From the NCBI GenBank assembly GCA_051362555.1, contig CM120646.1, forward strand, positions 1,054,001 to 1,118,000: a stretch of 64,000 nucleotides of DNA. Reading direction: 5' to 3'. A program made the translations under genes and the position numbers. Below are positions 36,100-50,568 of this stretch, piece by piece. Positions within the stretch are counted from its first letter, which is position 1. The number at the start of each line of letters is the position of its first letter. The stretch is from Lingula anatina (lineage: Eukaryota > Animalia > Brachiopoda). The notes beneath the pieces were generated by a model. That model saw nothing but the letters and a program-made list of their open reading frames with translations, was not told the origin of the DNA and searched no databases.

Positions 36100-39000
36100 T
36101 ACATTAAAAGTCCAATGATGATAAACTAAAACGTGCATAATAAGCACTACAAAATAAGCCCAGCTCTTCTCAATATTAACACCAAAATTTCCTCTTTAGG
36201 ACATAATTTTCATTACGAGTCTGTGGCCATACATACAGCAAAGATTTAAGTGTGTTATATGAGAGATCCTCAGGTGTGCATGTAAGCATCATGTTTACCT
36301 GGCCATGTAAGCCCTACAACGATATTTTATATACCAGTACTGCAGGCAAAGTCTTGTGTAGAACATCAAATTATCTCTTCCAGCAATTCTTGTACATCAG
36401 ACTCCCAGGGCACGACAAAAGCCTCCATCAAGCTACATCAAGTCACATGCATCCAACGACTTACCGCACACGTGCAGTACATTTGTCTCGTGCATGCTGT
36501 TAGTGTTGCATTGTCTGGCTTCTGGAGATGCAGACAAATTGTTCGACTGGTCTTACATGTCACATTGGAGATTATGCTTCATAAAGACTAATTGTTTCGT
36601 GGTACATAAAACCCTCACTGTGCATGTGCCTACGCGTTGGCTGGCTGCGAGGGAAAAGTGACTTTTGTCACATGATCTCACGTGGGTTGTCACAAGCCCT
36701 GTTCCAATAGCTAGAGATGCTACCCTGACTCAAACCCTTCAAGAGAAAGATGCTGATTTATCAATGCTCAATATTCCATTACAGAAATTGTCATTGTGGC
36801 CTTTTAAGCACATATGTAAATTTTATGTAAATATTGTAAAATTTCAAATATCTGTACTAACTGTTTGTCTTGTTAAAGCCATTTCATTCTGTGGATACAT
36901 GCAGATTTATTTTTTCTAGATCGCTTCATAACATCTTTTGCTGCTGCAAATCCCTTGGCATGATATCATATGGTAACTTTAAGCTTGGCATCTTTATATT
37001 GAATAATACTTATTAGTCGCAAATCTTTTTATTCTTCACACTGAAGGTTTTAGAAATGGAAGCACAAAGTCATAAAAGTGGAAAGGCATCTTCAATGTTT
37101 TTCGTGCGATACATGCTCAAGGCAATAAATAAGATTATTTTGCTCTGCTATACACTTCTGCTTTTAAAACTGAACAGATAAATTTGTTTGACTTACACCA
37201 GTACTAACTGAATCTATTCAATACCTGGATTATTTCACCCTATCTTAATTCTTCCATAATTCCATCACTTAAAATTTATGACACAGATAAAGACAAACAA
37301 AAAAGAAAATCTATGTTAAAGCCCTACAAAATAAGCTTTGTCTGACCACAAAATTTAAATTAAACTCTTAGGCCGTGTTCACATCTGGCTAGGCTTAGAC
37401 TTTTCATATCTGTATACAAAATTTTTCCACTTATGGACAAACAAACTGGTAAAAAATAATCAAACACTTATTTCGCTATTTAAAAATCAAAATAAACAAA
37501 ATGACCAAGAGAAGAGCTTCTGTAACATGATTGCAAAAGCTGACCTACAAGAACATGCTGTCAGATTGATCACAGCATACAAAATAACGGGAAAATTATT
37601 GTCTTGGGTTCATATTCAAACACAGAACAGGCCCAAGTTAAAAATGATATGAATGCCCCTTGCATGAGCCGTTGACCCCCTCCTAGCAGCCAGGTAGAAC
37701 AGGTAGAGCAGTCTTATCACAAAGAGGAGTGATATATAATTAGGTCATAACCGGTAACAGATAAACCAGGAGTTAACGAGGCGAGGTTCTTGTGATGGTC
37801 GCGAGCACGAAATACGACTGAGCTGTCACTTATATATCTTGCAGAGGCGTGAAGTATCTGACTTGTAGAACACTCTTGCTGAAGTCAAGAACAAAAGGCG
37901 CTCTGAGGTGTAACTCACTTTCTGTTATGTATACGAGATACTCCTAAATCTGGGCCTTTCGTTCTTTTGTTCTATGTATCCCAGAATCCCCCATAGTATA
38001 ATTTTCATGACTGCAAGTTAAGGGATCCTATTCTAACGTAGGCTCGCTTTTTTATCACTGTCAATAAACAGGAAAACACAGATATATGAACATAAGACCG
38101 TGCCAGTGTCACTAGACAATAACAACTTGGTATCCAATTAATCACAGAAAAATACCTGTACAAGATAGATAAGACTGCTTTGCATTACTTAATAAAATGA
38201 AAATGATATTTCTGCTAATACAGGTCTGTAATTGCAGTAAGCTGAATTGTTTCACTTCCCTCCTTTGAATGTTATATATATTGTCACTTTGGCATTTATG
38301 AAGGTTGGGTTTATTTTTAGTGACCTACTAGTTTAGATAATAGATGCATGTACAAAGACAATGATGACATGCATGGGCCATGCATTTCTATTCATTTTAT
38401 ATACTCCCAGTGTGAATAGATGCATGTACCAAGTATATGTGTGGGTGTACATGCATGCATTTTTTTCTATGCATGCATTTTTTTTTTAGATTTTATTTTT
38501 TGGTCATTTAAATTTTGGAGGATTTAGATTTAATAGTATGTGCAAAATAATTGAAGTATTTATTTCATGTAACCTTATAATAACCTTCAACTAGACTCCC
38601 TGCTCACTCTTTATTTTTTAAAAAGGTACAGATAATTTGCTTTAAAGCTACTAGTAACTGCATGAGACTTAAATTACCTGCCAAAATGATTTTTCCTGGG
38701 GTAAAGGCCAATGTTTTCCTAATCAGTAATTATTGCTTGATCCATCCCTGCACATGGATTTGGTACTTTATTCCATTTTTAATTACATAATTTAGTTGAA
38801 CATGACAACCCAGTCATTACTACGACATCTGCCATCATACATATTGCATCATCTTCATACAAAAATGAGGGAGAGGGGGGGGCGTTTTGTATGGCGGCCC
38901 TGTGCCATGTATAATATAGATGTCACAAGCTGGCAATGACTACAGCAAGGATTATGAAAACGTATTTATGACAAAACAGTACACTTCAGATAAATTTTAT

Positions 39001-42000
39001 CTTAAGGGATTTAAAAATGCATGGAGAAAATCTCTAGATATAAGTTATCATGGGGAAAAATCCCATGGAGTGTTTTTGAGTAAATATTCATGAAAACTCC
39101 CTCTTTTCATCTTTTGTCGATTTATCTTTGATTTGATAAAAAAATCCATCCGGCTTAAAAAAAATGTAAACACAAACCACTGTATGATTGAATGCTTCAC
39201 TTATTAATTTTCAGAATTAAGAAGGCAAGCAATGTATTGCTCCAGAAGATATGAAATTTGTTCACTATATCTATACTAGAAGTTGATAGTTATATTATGG
39301 CAATTAATGTGAGTTCTGAGCTGGTTGTACTTTTCTTCAAGAGGACAAAATGGCAGGAATTGTAAGATAGCATTTCGCTCAAGGGGCTATTTTGAAAGAC
39401 CATTTTAAAAATCGGCCTTCTAGGCTCTTTGTAAAATGCAACCTTATTAGGTAAGTCTCTAAAAGCTGAAATTTTAGGCCAAAAACTGACTTCACAGCTT
39501 TTTGAGGTGTTCTATATAGTTCCAATACAGATAGCTCAGCATTAATATAAGAGTTTATGTTGGGCTTTCATCATCTAAACAGATAATCCTCCTGACACAG
39601 CACACAACTAATCACACCTTGGTATCATCAACAAAGGTTCGCAGGTCAAAATATTATTTCACACTCCCCACTTCACAAAGATGACAATTGCGCACAGTAA
39701 TCTGTGATATTAATAAATGGACATGAGTTATTACGTGCCATAATAACCCTGTTCTAAGAAAACAGCTTAGGTGACCAGGAATATTGATACTGGTACTTCG
39801 ACACAAATACCTGCTTTACCCAGACACAATATAATCCTAATGTACAAAAAAAAATCAAAAATGGTGTTTCTTGTCCTGATACTTACTGTATTAAATTTCA
39901 AATATATATGAAAATCTTGTGAAAGGTAAATCACTAGAGCTATGTAAATCCATCTTGGCATACTACTAGTATGTAGTGAATGATAGGCAAGGTAATACAA
40001 AATTGAAACACCAGGCAGTCTGTTTTTGAACTCGAAACCAAAATCTCAGCACTTGCCGTTACCCCAGCATTGTAGGACACACTGTCAAGTTTGATCAAGA
40101 AGAGTCAAATAATTCTCGCCCAGGTGAATGATTATGTAATATTATTAAGATTCAAAGAAAAGAATACTTACAAATTTATAGACCGTATATAAATAAATAG
40201 TAAGTCTAAAAAGATGACACACTGGCTTCCAAGGGTCTGTAACCCATATTTTTTACTTTTGTCATTCTTTATATTCTTTCTCAATGACAAATGTCACACA
40301 AAATGTTCCATAAAAAATGATCCAGCCAGTTTAAAATGAAGGTGGTGGGGGCTTTCTTGTGTTTGTTATCTTGTTTACATTGCAAGTCTTTTATGGAGAG
40401 CCTGTGTACATAAAAGGGCACATTTAGGGGCACACGTGCATAAAAGAAGTTAAACATTACCTGTACCACAGGTAAATATTGCTTGGTAAAAATCACTGGT
40501 GGATGAAGACTGTGATTTTTGGTGATTTGAAGCTGGTATTCAAAAAGACAGATCTGATTTACAAACCTGAGTGTAAAGAAAATTTAAAAGTAGACTGCAC
40601 AATTTGGTGAGGATATGTCAAATAGTGATTCGATTTACGATCTGAAGGACAAACTTTAAATCCAACAATTCCTGCTTTTAAACCTACTTCACGAAGTTGT
40701 GTAGTATAAATTATAGTAAATATTTAGAGCAAAAGCTGTTATTTTCCATCACCATTAGTTTACAATTACAGCCAAAGTGGTCACAGGCCTTAATCAGACT
40801 GTTGTCAGCAGATGTCGACATTCACCGACTGCTAGGTGGTATAGTGTCCAGGACCCTGTTACGTCAGGTAAAGCTACCCCCCCCCCCCCCCCACCCACCA
40901 CTCAAGTCTGGCTGATGCTGATTGTCTCTCATATCACTGGACCAATATGCTGTCAATTCATGAAAACATTTGCAAAATGGATATGATCACATTGTAGATC
41001 TATCATACTAGCTATTGTGCTCTAACTCCAGACACGTCATTCTGTTATTCTGACTGCATTCAGCGAGAGTCCCCAAGGAGTTAGTGCAAAGTAGCTACTA
41101 CGACAGACACATTGTGATTGCACTCAATAATGGTATATTTCTTTAAATTGCAATTAGCTGCTACTTACCAGGTACTACTAGTTCTCTATATCATGAAAAC
41201 GAAACAGAAGCTCAAAAAACACCTTGGTGAATTCAATGTACAATTCAACTCAGCCAAACACTGCAGCATACCAATCACAGTCCATGAATGTGCATCACAC
41301 CATCTCCAGCACACCTGAATCGCGTTATTACAAAACCGTCAATTACTTATAGCTAGGCTTCCTGTTACATGAAACTTCGATACTTGTCAGTTTTCATGTG
41401 CTGCTCCTCTCGACTCCTGTCATCTTTACTGTCTGAGAGCGTTCAAACACGCAAATACAGACAGTACTGCCAGTGATAACCAATAAAATTTTCAAGAAAA
41501 GCTAAAAAAAAATTGTCACATTGGACCAAGGGACTGGCAACAAATTTATGAAGCACTGTTTGGAATTTAAACTCAGTCCAGTGAAAAAAAATCCTTCAGT
41601 TCGGCAAATTCTTTATACCTGCCAGAAAAATGCATACTGCCTGTAGAAAGCAATTTTCAGAGAGAGAGGGGGGGAGGAGGGACTTTTTGTAAACAAGTGG
41701 ATCTTTTTTCACCATAATGGCATAGAACCAAGATCAAATTTTAATTCCGAGACAAAATAGCTATTCCTTTAAACCCCTAAACCTACAGTAAGAGGATATT
41801 TATGTTCCATATTCTTTAAAGATGCATACAAAGTCAATTTTTTGTCACAAAAACCAACCAAATGCCAACATATAGTTTGAAGTAGTATAACTAAGAGAAT
41901 TACCAAAAGGCATTGTTTATTTTTACCCGAAAATGATGTTTGCATGGATTTTTCTGCTAGCAATCTATGCTGTATGTCAATGGGGCAGAAAAGTAGGTCA

Positions 42001-42596
42001 CGAAAGTAGGTTAAATTTCTGACCAAAAATTTAAAAAAGGAGCAGTCTAAAGCTCTTTTATGGCTGATCGAGTGCTCTATTCAGTTTATCCCTTGGCATG
42101 TCGAATTTATTTGAGTTGTATAAGAAACTTGTAGAAGTGGTTTCCATGTGTTACTGGGAATCCACACTCCACCGATGCTCGGTTCGTATGTACCTTTAAG
42201 AAAGGGACATACTTCTGAGATGTCATCTAAGAATATGGTAAATAAATAAACAAATAAACAAACAAATACATAAATAATACTAACCAAAAGGCAATCTTTC
42301 CAATTATTAAATAAATAAAAACAAAAATCACTAATTTTAAAGATACCATCAGTAAGTTTTCTATTTTGCAGCAACCTTATCCGCTGTCTGATTATAAAAG
42401 GCAGATGAAGAGGTGATATCCTCTTATTTATATTACAGTATGGGAGATAAAAAGCATCATCCGTCATTGTTATTTGTCATTTGTGTCTCTATGATTTACT
42501 GATGATTTATGCTAAGAGAAAAAAACAATTTAATCTAATTTGATAATCATAGCTAGATATATTGGACAACATGATGGTTGCTGTTAATACTTTCTG

Positions 42597-42735
42597 ATGT
42601 GTGTGTGTGTGTGCGTGTATGTGTGTATGTACTATGTGTGTGTGTATGTGTATGTGTGTGTGTATGTGTGCATGTGTGTGTGTATGTGTGTGTGCGTGTA
42701 TGTGTGTGTGTTTGCATGTGTGTGCATGTGCATGC
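42597..42735. repeat. Imperfect (TG)n microsatellite
   Basis: Visible run; generates spurious HT/CV ORFs. Confidence 0.9.
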
Positions 42736-43985
42736 ATGTACTAAGTATGTTAATATATGTGTGTGCATTGTGCACACAAACTATGGTACAGAGAGGATAT
42801 TTTAATATTTCTATTTTAAAAATGTCATATACATTCTTCATAAAAATCATAATATACCTCATAGGAAATATGATGAAAAAATCTCCACAATAACAGAACA
42901 TTGTTGTGAGTCAAAAAATGTTGGTTTCAAAGCAGGAGGTACTAAAAGGCTTCTACTAGGTCTAGATACAGAATTTTCTCATAAAGTTTGAACAAAATTT
43001 AACATGTTTCCCAAAACATAAAAACATTTCATTTTAATAAAAAAAAAATTATGCCAAAGTTATGAAAAGATGACTGGCTTTGTGTCAGGTAGTTTTTTTT
43101 TTCATAAAATCTAAACAAAGAAATCATTCATTAGAATTAGTAGGTATGAAATTTGTGAACATTTACCACAGATTGCCAAACCTTTACAAGACTACTAAAC
43201 AGATCTTGGTCACAGTTGTCTCCTTCATTTAATAATTTATAACACAAAGAAAAATGGTCTGATGCTTGAATCATTCTACAAATATTTTTGCTCAAGCCAC
43301 AAAACTTATTTTCCCCCACATCAATGAGAAAGAGGTAGAGTTCTTCCCCAAAATATCGACTTCTAAAAGTAGATAATTTTTTTAATCATGCAAAACCTGG
43401 ACATGTATGAGACGGGTCCGAGCTAGCATCTCCTATATATACATATTTAAAGTTCATATCTGTCACATTAAGAAGGAATACACTCAAAATGTTCTTGAAT
43501 GGATTCTAAGCTAGAAGAAGGGATTCATACCAAAGTGACAGACAGACAGACAGACAGACACATGAATACCAATGTCTTACCTGACCTATTCTTTTTCTTT
43601 ATTTTTCTTAGTTTAAGTGATATATTTTAGGGTAGGGTCAACTGAAGAGAATTTTTTTCCACACCATAACCACTAAAACCACAACAATAAGATTACTGTG
43701 CACTGGACTGATATTATATTAATAAAAAGACTGGCTTTCCTAACATGACTTCTACAAAGGTCAAGATGAAGAAGAATTTTTTTTTGACAGGAACCTCTAA
43801 CTGCACCGGTAGTCTGGAAAAGTCCTTGGGGTGTCTATATGTCGTGACTGGCACACTTCCTAAGAAATATTAACAGCGAGGAAATGTTTCTTACTTGGCA
43901 CACTGCAGGCACACGTAGCATATGAAACATGAGCTAAATGCTGAAGATGATTTTAAGAAATTTTGAAAAATCACAGTTTTGACTA

Positions 43986-44072
43986 ACAATTTGGATTCTG
44001 AGAATAATTTTACAACAATTTGGATTCTGTGAATAATTTTACAACAATTTGGATTCTGTGAATAATTTTACA
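43986..44072. repeat. 3 copies of a tandem repeat of about 30 bp (ACAATTTGGATTCTGTGAATAATTTTACA)
   Basis: Near-perfect copies. Confidence 0.85.
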
Positions 44073-44798
44073 CCTTTTTTAAAACTAAAATGTATGATGG
44101 AGTCCTTTCTCAACCAAAATATTGATATTTTTCAGAAGATGCCAAACAGAGCCAACGTAACTTGGTTGTACTAGTACATAGTTAAAATGCATGTTTAAGC
44201 TTCACTCCATGCATTTCATCCTTAATTAACTTTCACATGCTTGCATGTCTGACTAACGACAAAAAAATCATTAATGGAATTATCGGGTAAAAAGCACTAC
44301 TGAGGCATGTTTTTTTTTTTTTTTTTTTGCTTTACATTTTCAGACAGTCTGTGAAGTAAATCTATAAAAGCCACATGCTGTGTAGTGTGTATAAGTAATT
44401 AGCCATTTTCAAATCATCTTCCATAAAAAAGGTTTTAATTCTTAGTGATGATAGTAGAAGCAGAACTTCAACCTTCTCATCAGACAAAAATGTGCAGTGG
44501 GCGTCGTCCAGGTGACTGAAAAAATCGACTACAGGGTATTGCAATCAATTCGTTACTGCCTGGAGTTTGAAAAACTGACAATTCTAGGTCTAACCATTCC
44601 AAATATAACTTTTAATTGGCTGGCTCCAGTGTGCTACAAAAACTAGTTACATTCGAGATATCCTGAGGCAAAGGTACAAAGCTCTTGATAAGGAAAAGAT
44701 CAGTCTAACGCACCATAACTGAAATCAGCCAATCCATCAAAAGCTTTGCTCCAAGACTTGTTTCTTATCGGTTGACAAATCCCACGTGAAGCACATCA

Positions 44799-44963
44799 CA
44801 GGGGCAGATTGAGGTCGTCTTCTGGGATTTCTGGGCCATCAGATTTTCAAGTTTTCAATGACTAGCATCTTATTTTTTGGTTCGGAAGATGGTAAAAAAT
44901 AGAAGGTGGATCAACAAAGATAATTTGGAAGAATGTCAGAAAATACCTCTGAATCCGCCCCTG
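44799..44963. mobile_element. CAGGGG-terminal MITE (hAT-like), 5-bp TSD CATCA
   Basis: TIR CAGGGGCAGATT / AATCCGCCCCTG; homologous to 54863-55030. Confidence 0.75.
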
Positions 44964-47900
44964 CATCAATGTGATCATTATGGAGCTGTCATTGGGCACT
45001 GGTCATCTTCAATACTGATCTGTAATCATCAGTGACTGATGCCCTATGGCAAGTGATTTTGAGAGGGGCTAAAAAATCGAAATCTTATATTCCCTTAGAG
45101 ATATGAATTTTTTTTTTCATGTTGGACATACTCCAGACTGGTGGAGAAGAGGCGAGCTCCAGAACAACAGTTAATTAAGTTTTGTTTGTTTGTTTCAAAA
45201 TGTCCCCATTGATTCAATACAAACATAAAAAAGGTTCAAATCCCTCTCCTACTCCCAAAACCTTCATCATAAATATCAGAACGCATCTAAAATGCACTAT
45301 CAGTATTCTAACGTATATCAAAACCACTTAATATATTCACAATCCAATTTATATGTCAAAGTATGTAATAATAATTTGGGAAAACTATTCTGAGACTAAT
45401 CTTGTAATCAAAATCATACTTGACAACCATTAAGGTGGGTGTAGAAAAAGAATATTATGATGACAAGAGACATTTCAACCTGACATGACTTGGGGTGAAC
45501 ACACGCAGAATACTAATGAAAGGAATGTACCATCCTTTAGGTGGTTCAGACAAAGACGGCTTCTGACCGGAAGTAGGGCTTAGTAGGGTTCATTCCAACA
45601 GAAACTGTCGTACTACCTACATTGATCCAACTTCGCAGAGACTCTTGCTGAATACAATCGGATTAATAGATTAGCATGCGGTGCTGCCTCCTGGTGTTGA
45701 GTAGTATGTACAGAAAAGCTGGTGACTACACTAGTGTGTAGAAAACAGCAGTTTACCTCATATTGCTCAATGTTGTTTTTTATGTAATCAGAGTAAATGA
45801 GAGCACAACACAGGTGGATTGGACCAGTTTCTAGTCTTTTATTACTACTTAAAAAGTAAATTGATTCTAAAGAGAATAAACAGGACAGGTTTTTACTTAC
45901 TTGGCTCTATATTTTCACCACTACTCCACATGAGATATTAAAACCCTATTTCACCATAGTCTAGTCTTTCACGATGACAAGTACACATGGAAATTATTTT
46001 TTTGTAATCTGACAGAAGTTAGACCAATTTTCGTTCCAAATCAGCCATGTCTGAGCAGGCCTTGAGCTATCATCCTCCCCTGTCCTGTGTACATTCTTAA
46101 TGTATGAAAACACAGCTATCAGCAAGCATTGCCCATCATCCAGTCATAACTATGATATGCCAAATAAATCTTATTGCCCACACCTCCCAAACTTTTCCTC
46201 TCTCTGGAATTTTATCTAGCCACTATATTTACATGAATTTTGAAAAATATGTTTGGGGTTTGCCTGTATTTTCTTGTTTCAAACAAATAACCTTCTAGTA
46301 CTTATATCAAACCAATTGTCCTTGTTAAACTTTTCCCTCATCACCTTCAGAGTGGACATATGCATAAGACATAAATAAACTGAATACACAAATAATTCTT
46401 ATTAACTGCCTTTCTGTCTTGCTTTATCAGTTACAAATAAAAGTACACCTGTGGGTACATCCTTTTAAAGAGTCACAGGTTGTTGATCATAATTTACTGG
46501 CCATGGAGGGTGACACTTAAAAGTGTGTACCATACATGATATATGTCATTACTTTTTGTTTTCCGCAACATGCACTGGTAGTTCTACCCCTGTAAAAAAA
46601 GTTACTAGTACTTTCATGTTTATCTACTGGTCAAGGGCAGGTGAAAAATGTATATTTATCTTTCTTGTTTTTAAACAGGGTTTCTTTATGTCCAAGGATC
46701 CTTGAAGCACTAACATGAGAAATTTATCACATTCAGTGACCTGCTGTAGCAAAGAAAGACCTTGAATATATTATTTTTAAAAATATTTAAAAGATGCTCC
46801 ACAAAATTTATAAAGATATGGTGAAAATTCAGTACAGTATTTCAGAAACACTAACTAAAAATTGACTAAAACAAACTTTTAATACATTTCATTAAAAAAT
46901 TGATGATGTCAGACATTTTGAACACTCTTACCGCAGTTACACGAGTACATCTTCCATCCAATACCTCTTTGTGAAGAACAAGATTCTTGAACAGACAATC
47001 ATTGCATTTAATTATTCTATTCCACCTGAGGGCACAATAATTGTAAGGAAATTTGTAAGTGACATTTTCCTTGACTAATAAATTTAGTCACCTTTACTCA
47101 TTTCCCTCTATAAACATCTGGAAATCAATAATAAACATGGATGACAGGGCTGAGAGAGAACATTCACCAAATGTCCAATGGCAGATCATCACAATACTCT
47201 TGTGAGCATTTTACAGTGTGCCATACATTGTGCCATATTCTTTCCATTAAAATTTAATTACATCAGCCTTTCCATTCCTCCTCCTCCCCCCCCCCCCCCC
47301 CAAAAAAAAAAAAAGGCTCGATTTTTTTTTATTTGGGGGGGGGATACTAATGCATCCTACACACTCTTTTAAAGAGAATTTAAAAAACCAACACACGATA
47401 TCAGATGTTATATTCACAAGACCTTTTTCAACACAAACAACACTATCAGTTCTGTTAAAAAATATTATGAGAATGTGACTGCACACCTCAATCTCTAGTA
47501 CACTAGTTAGTATGTTAAATTTATCAAGCATCTCCCAAAAGACTAATTATGCAGGTAAATTGCTATATTTATATTTGCTTAACTTAAATTCTCCTTGTAT
47601 CCTTTTCTGCGCTGAACTTAATCAGAGCAAATCAAGTTAAAAGCCGTTATTGTAAGTTACACAAAGAGCGCCTGCCACTTATGAATGATAATATGCAGAG
47701 GTAGGTCACAGATACTGGTGTGTTTGTTTATTTCCTCACAGTTAATGTAGCTGGGTAAACAAACAAAGAAACAATCAGTTGATTGTGGCAATATGGGGCA
47801 TTTTCCATGCACTAAGTTTTCTCCATATTTAGACGAAACCACAGCGCACGCTGCAGCAATGCCATTTATATTACATTAACTAATGAATGAGTCACTGCCA

Positions 47901-48085
47901 ACTGCGCCGAGGCAGCTCCTACTACATGTACTAGCACTAGTACACAGGCGAGCCCTCGTACACAAATAGATGCGGTGTGTTCGCTGCAATTTCAGCACTG
48001 ACACGCGAAAAAACTCTTATTTCAATTAATGCTCTTATAAATCTCTCGTTGCTTTAAGTCTGTGTTTAATGAAATGGGTACTTAC

Positions 48086-48250
48086 CACGTGGACTGAAGG
48101 TTTTCTGCAGGTGGATACCGTCGCCGATTCATTCACCGGCCATGATGGGTGGCTACCGAACACGCATGCCCAGATTGTGGCTTCCGGATGTCATTTCAAT
48201 AGCTGTCGCGCGACGCAAGTGGGAGTGGCGTTTTCAAGTGATATCACTTG
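48086..48250 (-). promoter_or_regulatory. Probable promoter and non-coding first exon of the myosin I gene
   Basis: CpG-rich patch; strong donor GTG|gtaagtac at 48085; ETS-like CCGGAAG at about 48181-48187. The exon ending at 27958 has an acceptor and needs an upstream donor. Linkage is inferred. Confidence 0.5.
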
Positions 48251-49226
48251 AGAGCGTATGTACAGTTAGACATATCAGACACGATAAATAGCAGCTCATG
48301 AAAAGCATAAACGTTCACTGGGCCTATAACTATCAGTTTATTTAAAAATAGCTCAGATTTTGTGGAGTTTTTATTTTTATTTTTTAATTTTAATAAATAA
48401 ATAAAAATAAAAAATATAGGCCTAACCCTAGGCCTAAATCAAGGTAAGCCTCTAAGGCAGATTCTTTGAAGTCGAAATTAATGCAGTTTTGTTACTCATT
48501 AACTATTCGGCTTCATTATGAATGTTTAAGATATATTAGAGGATGATCCGAAATAGAAATCCAAAGGCCTGGGATAGATCTGGGGTAGACCTACATGTGC
48601 ATGTGCGGCAACTGAGTTTAATGGCTGAGAAATGACTTTTAAAAATCAAACGGTCTTCTCGATATTGGCGTAGACAGAAGTTTTGTGAATGGGAAAGTTT
48701 TGAAGTAAAATATCAGAATTGATAACGAATCCCATATTGTGTGTGAGAGAGAGTGAGATAGAAAGAGAAAAGAATGACAAAAAAGGAGGAATGGGGGGAG
48801 AGAGAGAGAGTGAGAGAGAGGTGCTTGTGAGTGGTAAAAAATGTAGGTTAATCTTATCATTTGTCATAATAACACTCTGTCTTAACGTGCCAGCCAAAAG
48901 CGACTTGTATAATATAGGCAAATAGGCGCATCCTTCTACTGGGAGAGGAGGGGGCGTGTTTAAATGACTCTCATGAGTCTCCCATCGCGTGGCATATTTA
49001 GCCTACTTTTAAAGAAAACAAATTCAGATAAACTGCGGGTGCGTTGATTTCCCCGTTTAAGCCAACACTGAACAAAGATGGCCCAAACTTGCCCAACAGA
49101 GGAGTGCCTTCTCTGAAAGTGGCTGGCAAATTGCGACAGATATGCCGACAGCATTGAGCGTTTATGACAGACAGAGCAGCAACTGCGTTTGGTGAGATAG
49201 GGGCATTCACGTGTACCTACAGTGCC

Positions 49227-49330
49227 CATGGGCGTCCGCACAAAATTTTCCAGGGGGGGGTCAAAGTCATTGAAGGGGGAGATAATGATTGGTCGGGTAC
49301 CCGCAATAAAATGCAGTTCCAAAATTCGGG

Positions 49331-49361
<31 letters not shown>

Positions 49362-49398
49362 AGTGACCCCACTGACCCCCCCTGCGGACACCCCCATG
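49227..49398. mobile_element. CATGGG-terminal MITE with internal poly-G tract (about 30 G)
   Basis: TIR CATGGGCGTCCGCA / TGCGGACACCCCCATG; TSD unclear. Confidence 0.6.
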
Positions 49399-50568
49399 AC
49401 AGCCATGGCCTTCGGTAAAAATCTGACTTCGTTTAACTAACGTCTTGGCTAGTGGACATTTGACATTATGTCATATGAACAAAACTAAATCACAGCAAGG
49501 GGAAATTATTTTGAGAGACTGGGTTTTCAAACACAAAAGCCATAACAATGACCAATATAAAATTCTCCATTATATGGAGAGTTATTAAAAGTCTAATAGG
49601 GGCCAACGCGCAGATGTGAAAAGGAACTGTGCAAAATCTGAAAGAAAATCTCTTTGTGTTGAGCAACAAAAATTAACTGAACAAAATGACTCACATAGTA
49701 CAGACGGTGAAAGAGGCGGCAGTGACAGTGCGTTGATCTGGCTATTGTGATCGTCTGAAGAGAAATTCAAACGACGAAGCATGAGCCAAAGCGATTTCTG
49801 CAGATTTCTGACATCATAAGGCACAAATAAGAACCGTAATCTACAATATGATAATTCTTTTATTATGCTTAAAAGTCAAAATATGCATGGATGCTTCTTT
49901 TAAATTTCCTTTTTCTGAAATTGACGATTGTTTTTTTTTTTTCTTTCGTTGACTTAGTTATAAGATTTTAAAATTTTGTTTTCTGAAATTGATCTTAAGA
50001 ATGATAGAAACCTCTGTCAAAAGCAACTGCAGTTTGTTCTCAATCGGGCTGAAGATAACACATGACAATTATACATCGTTTCTGAGGCTTGATCGTGTAA
50101 TTCAGTTGTCATTAAAAAATATTGGTGAAACTATAGTGTATGTCTTAATCCACAGGCCAAGGGTAATCCACGGGCCAAGGACTAAATATTGCTATTGCAA
50201 GAGCACGTTGCGCTATGAACGAAATAGAAGAGGTTGGCATCTCCAAGGTTTTGAGGAAAGAGTTTTCAATTATAATCAGAAAAAGAATGTAAATTACAAC
50301 ATAACAAGTGAAAGCGTAGTCGTGTGCTTGGCATATAAGGCTGTTATCGTCTGCTTTCTGTCTTCTCTTGGTCAATCCATTGGAGAGAAATATAGGTGCG
50401 TTTTGTGATTAAAACACGATAAGGATCAAAATCTTAATGTGAAGATAGTGTTTTCCTTTTGATAACGTTTTTATAAGAATCTGAACCAATTAAGAGGATA
50501 ATGTCTCTATCTTCTCCCAAAATAACCCACATCTTAGAACTGATGGCGCAACCACGACGTTTTCAATG

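Noticed and set aside
42507-42901. His/Thr- and Cys/Val-rich ORFs
   Set aside because: Produced by the (TG)n microsatellite
49164-49440. Poly-Gly ORFs
   Set aside because: Poly-G tract inside a MITE
49989-50408. 139-aa plus-strand ORF
   Set aside because: Non-ATG start, no recognisable motif, lies in the probable 3' region of the minus-strand gene
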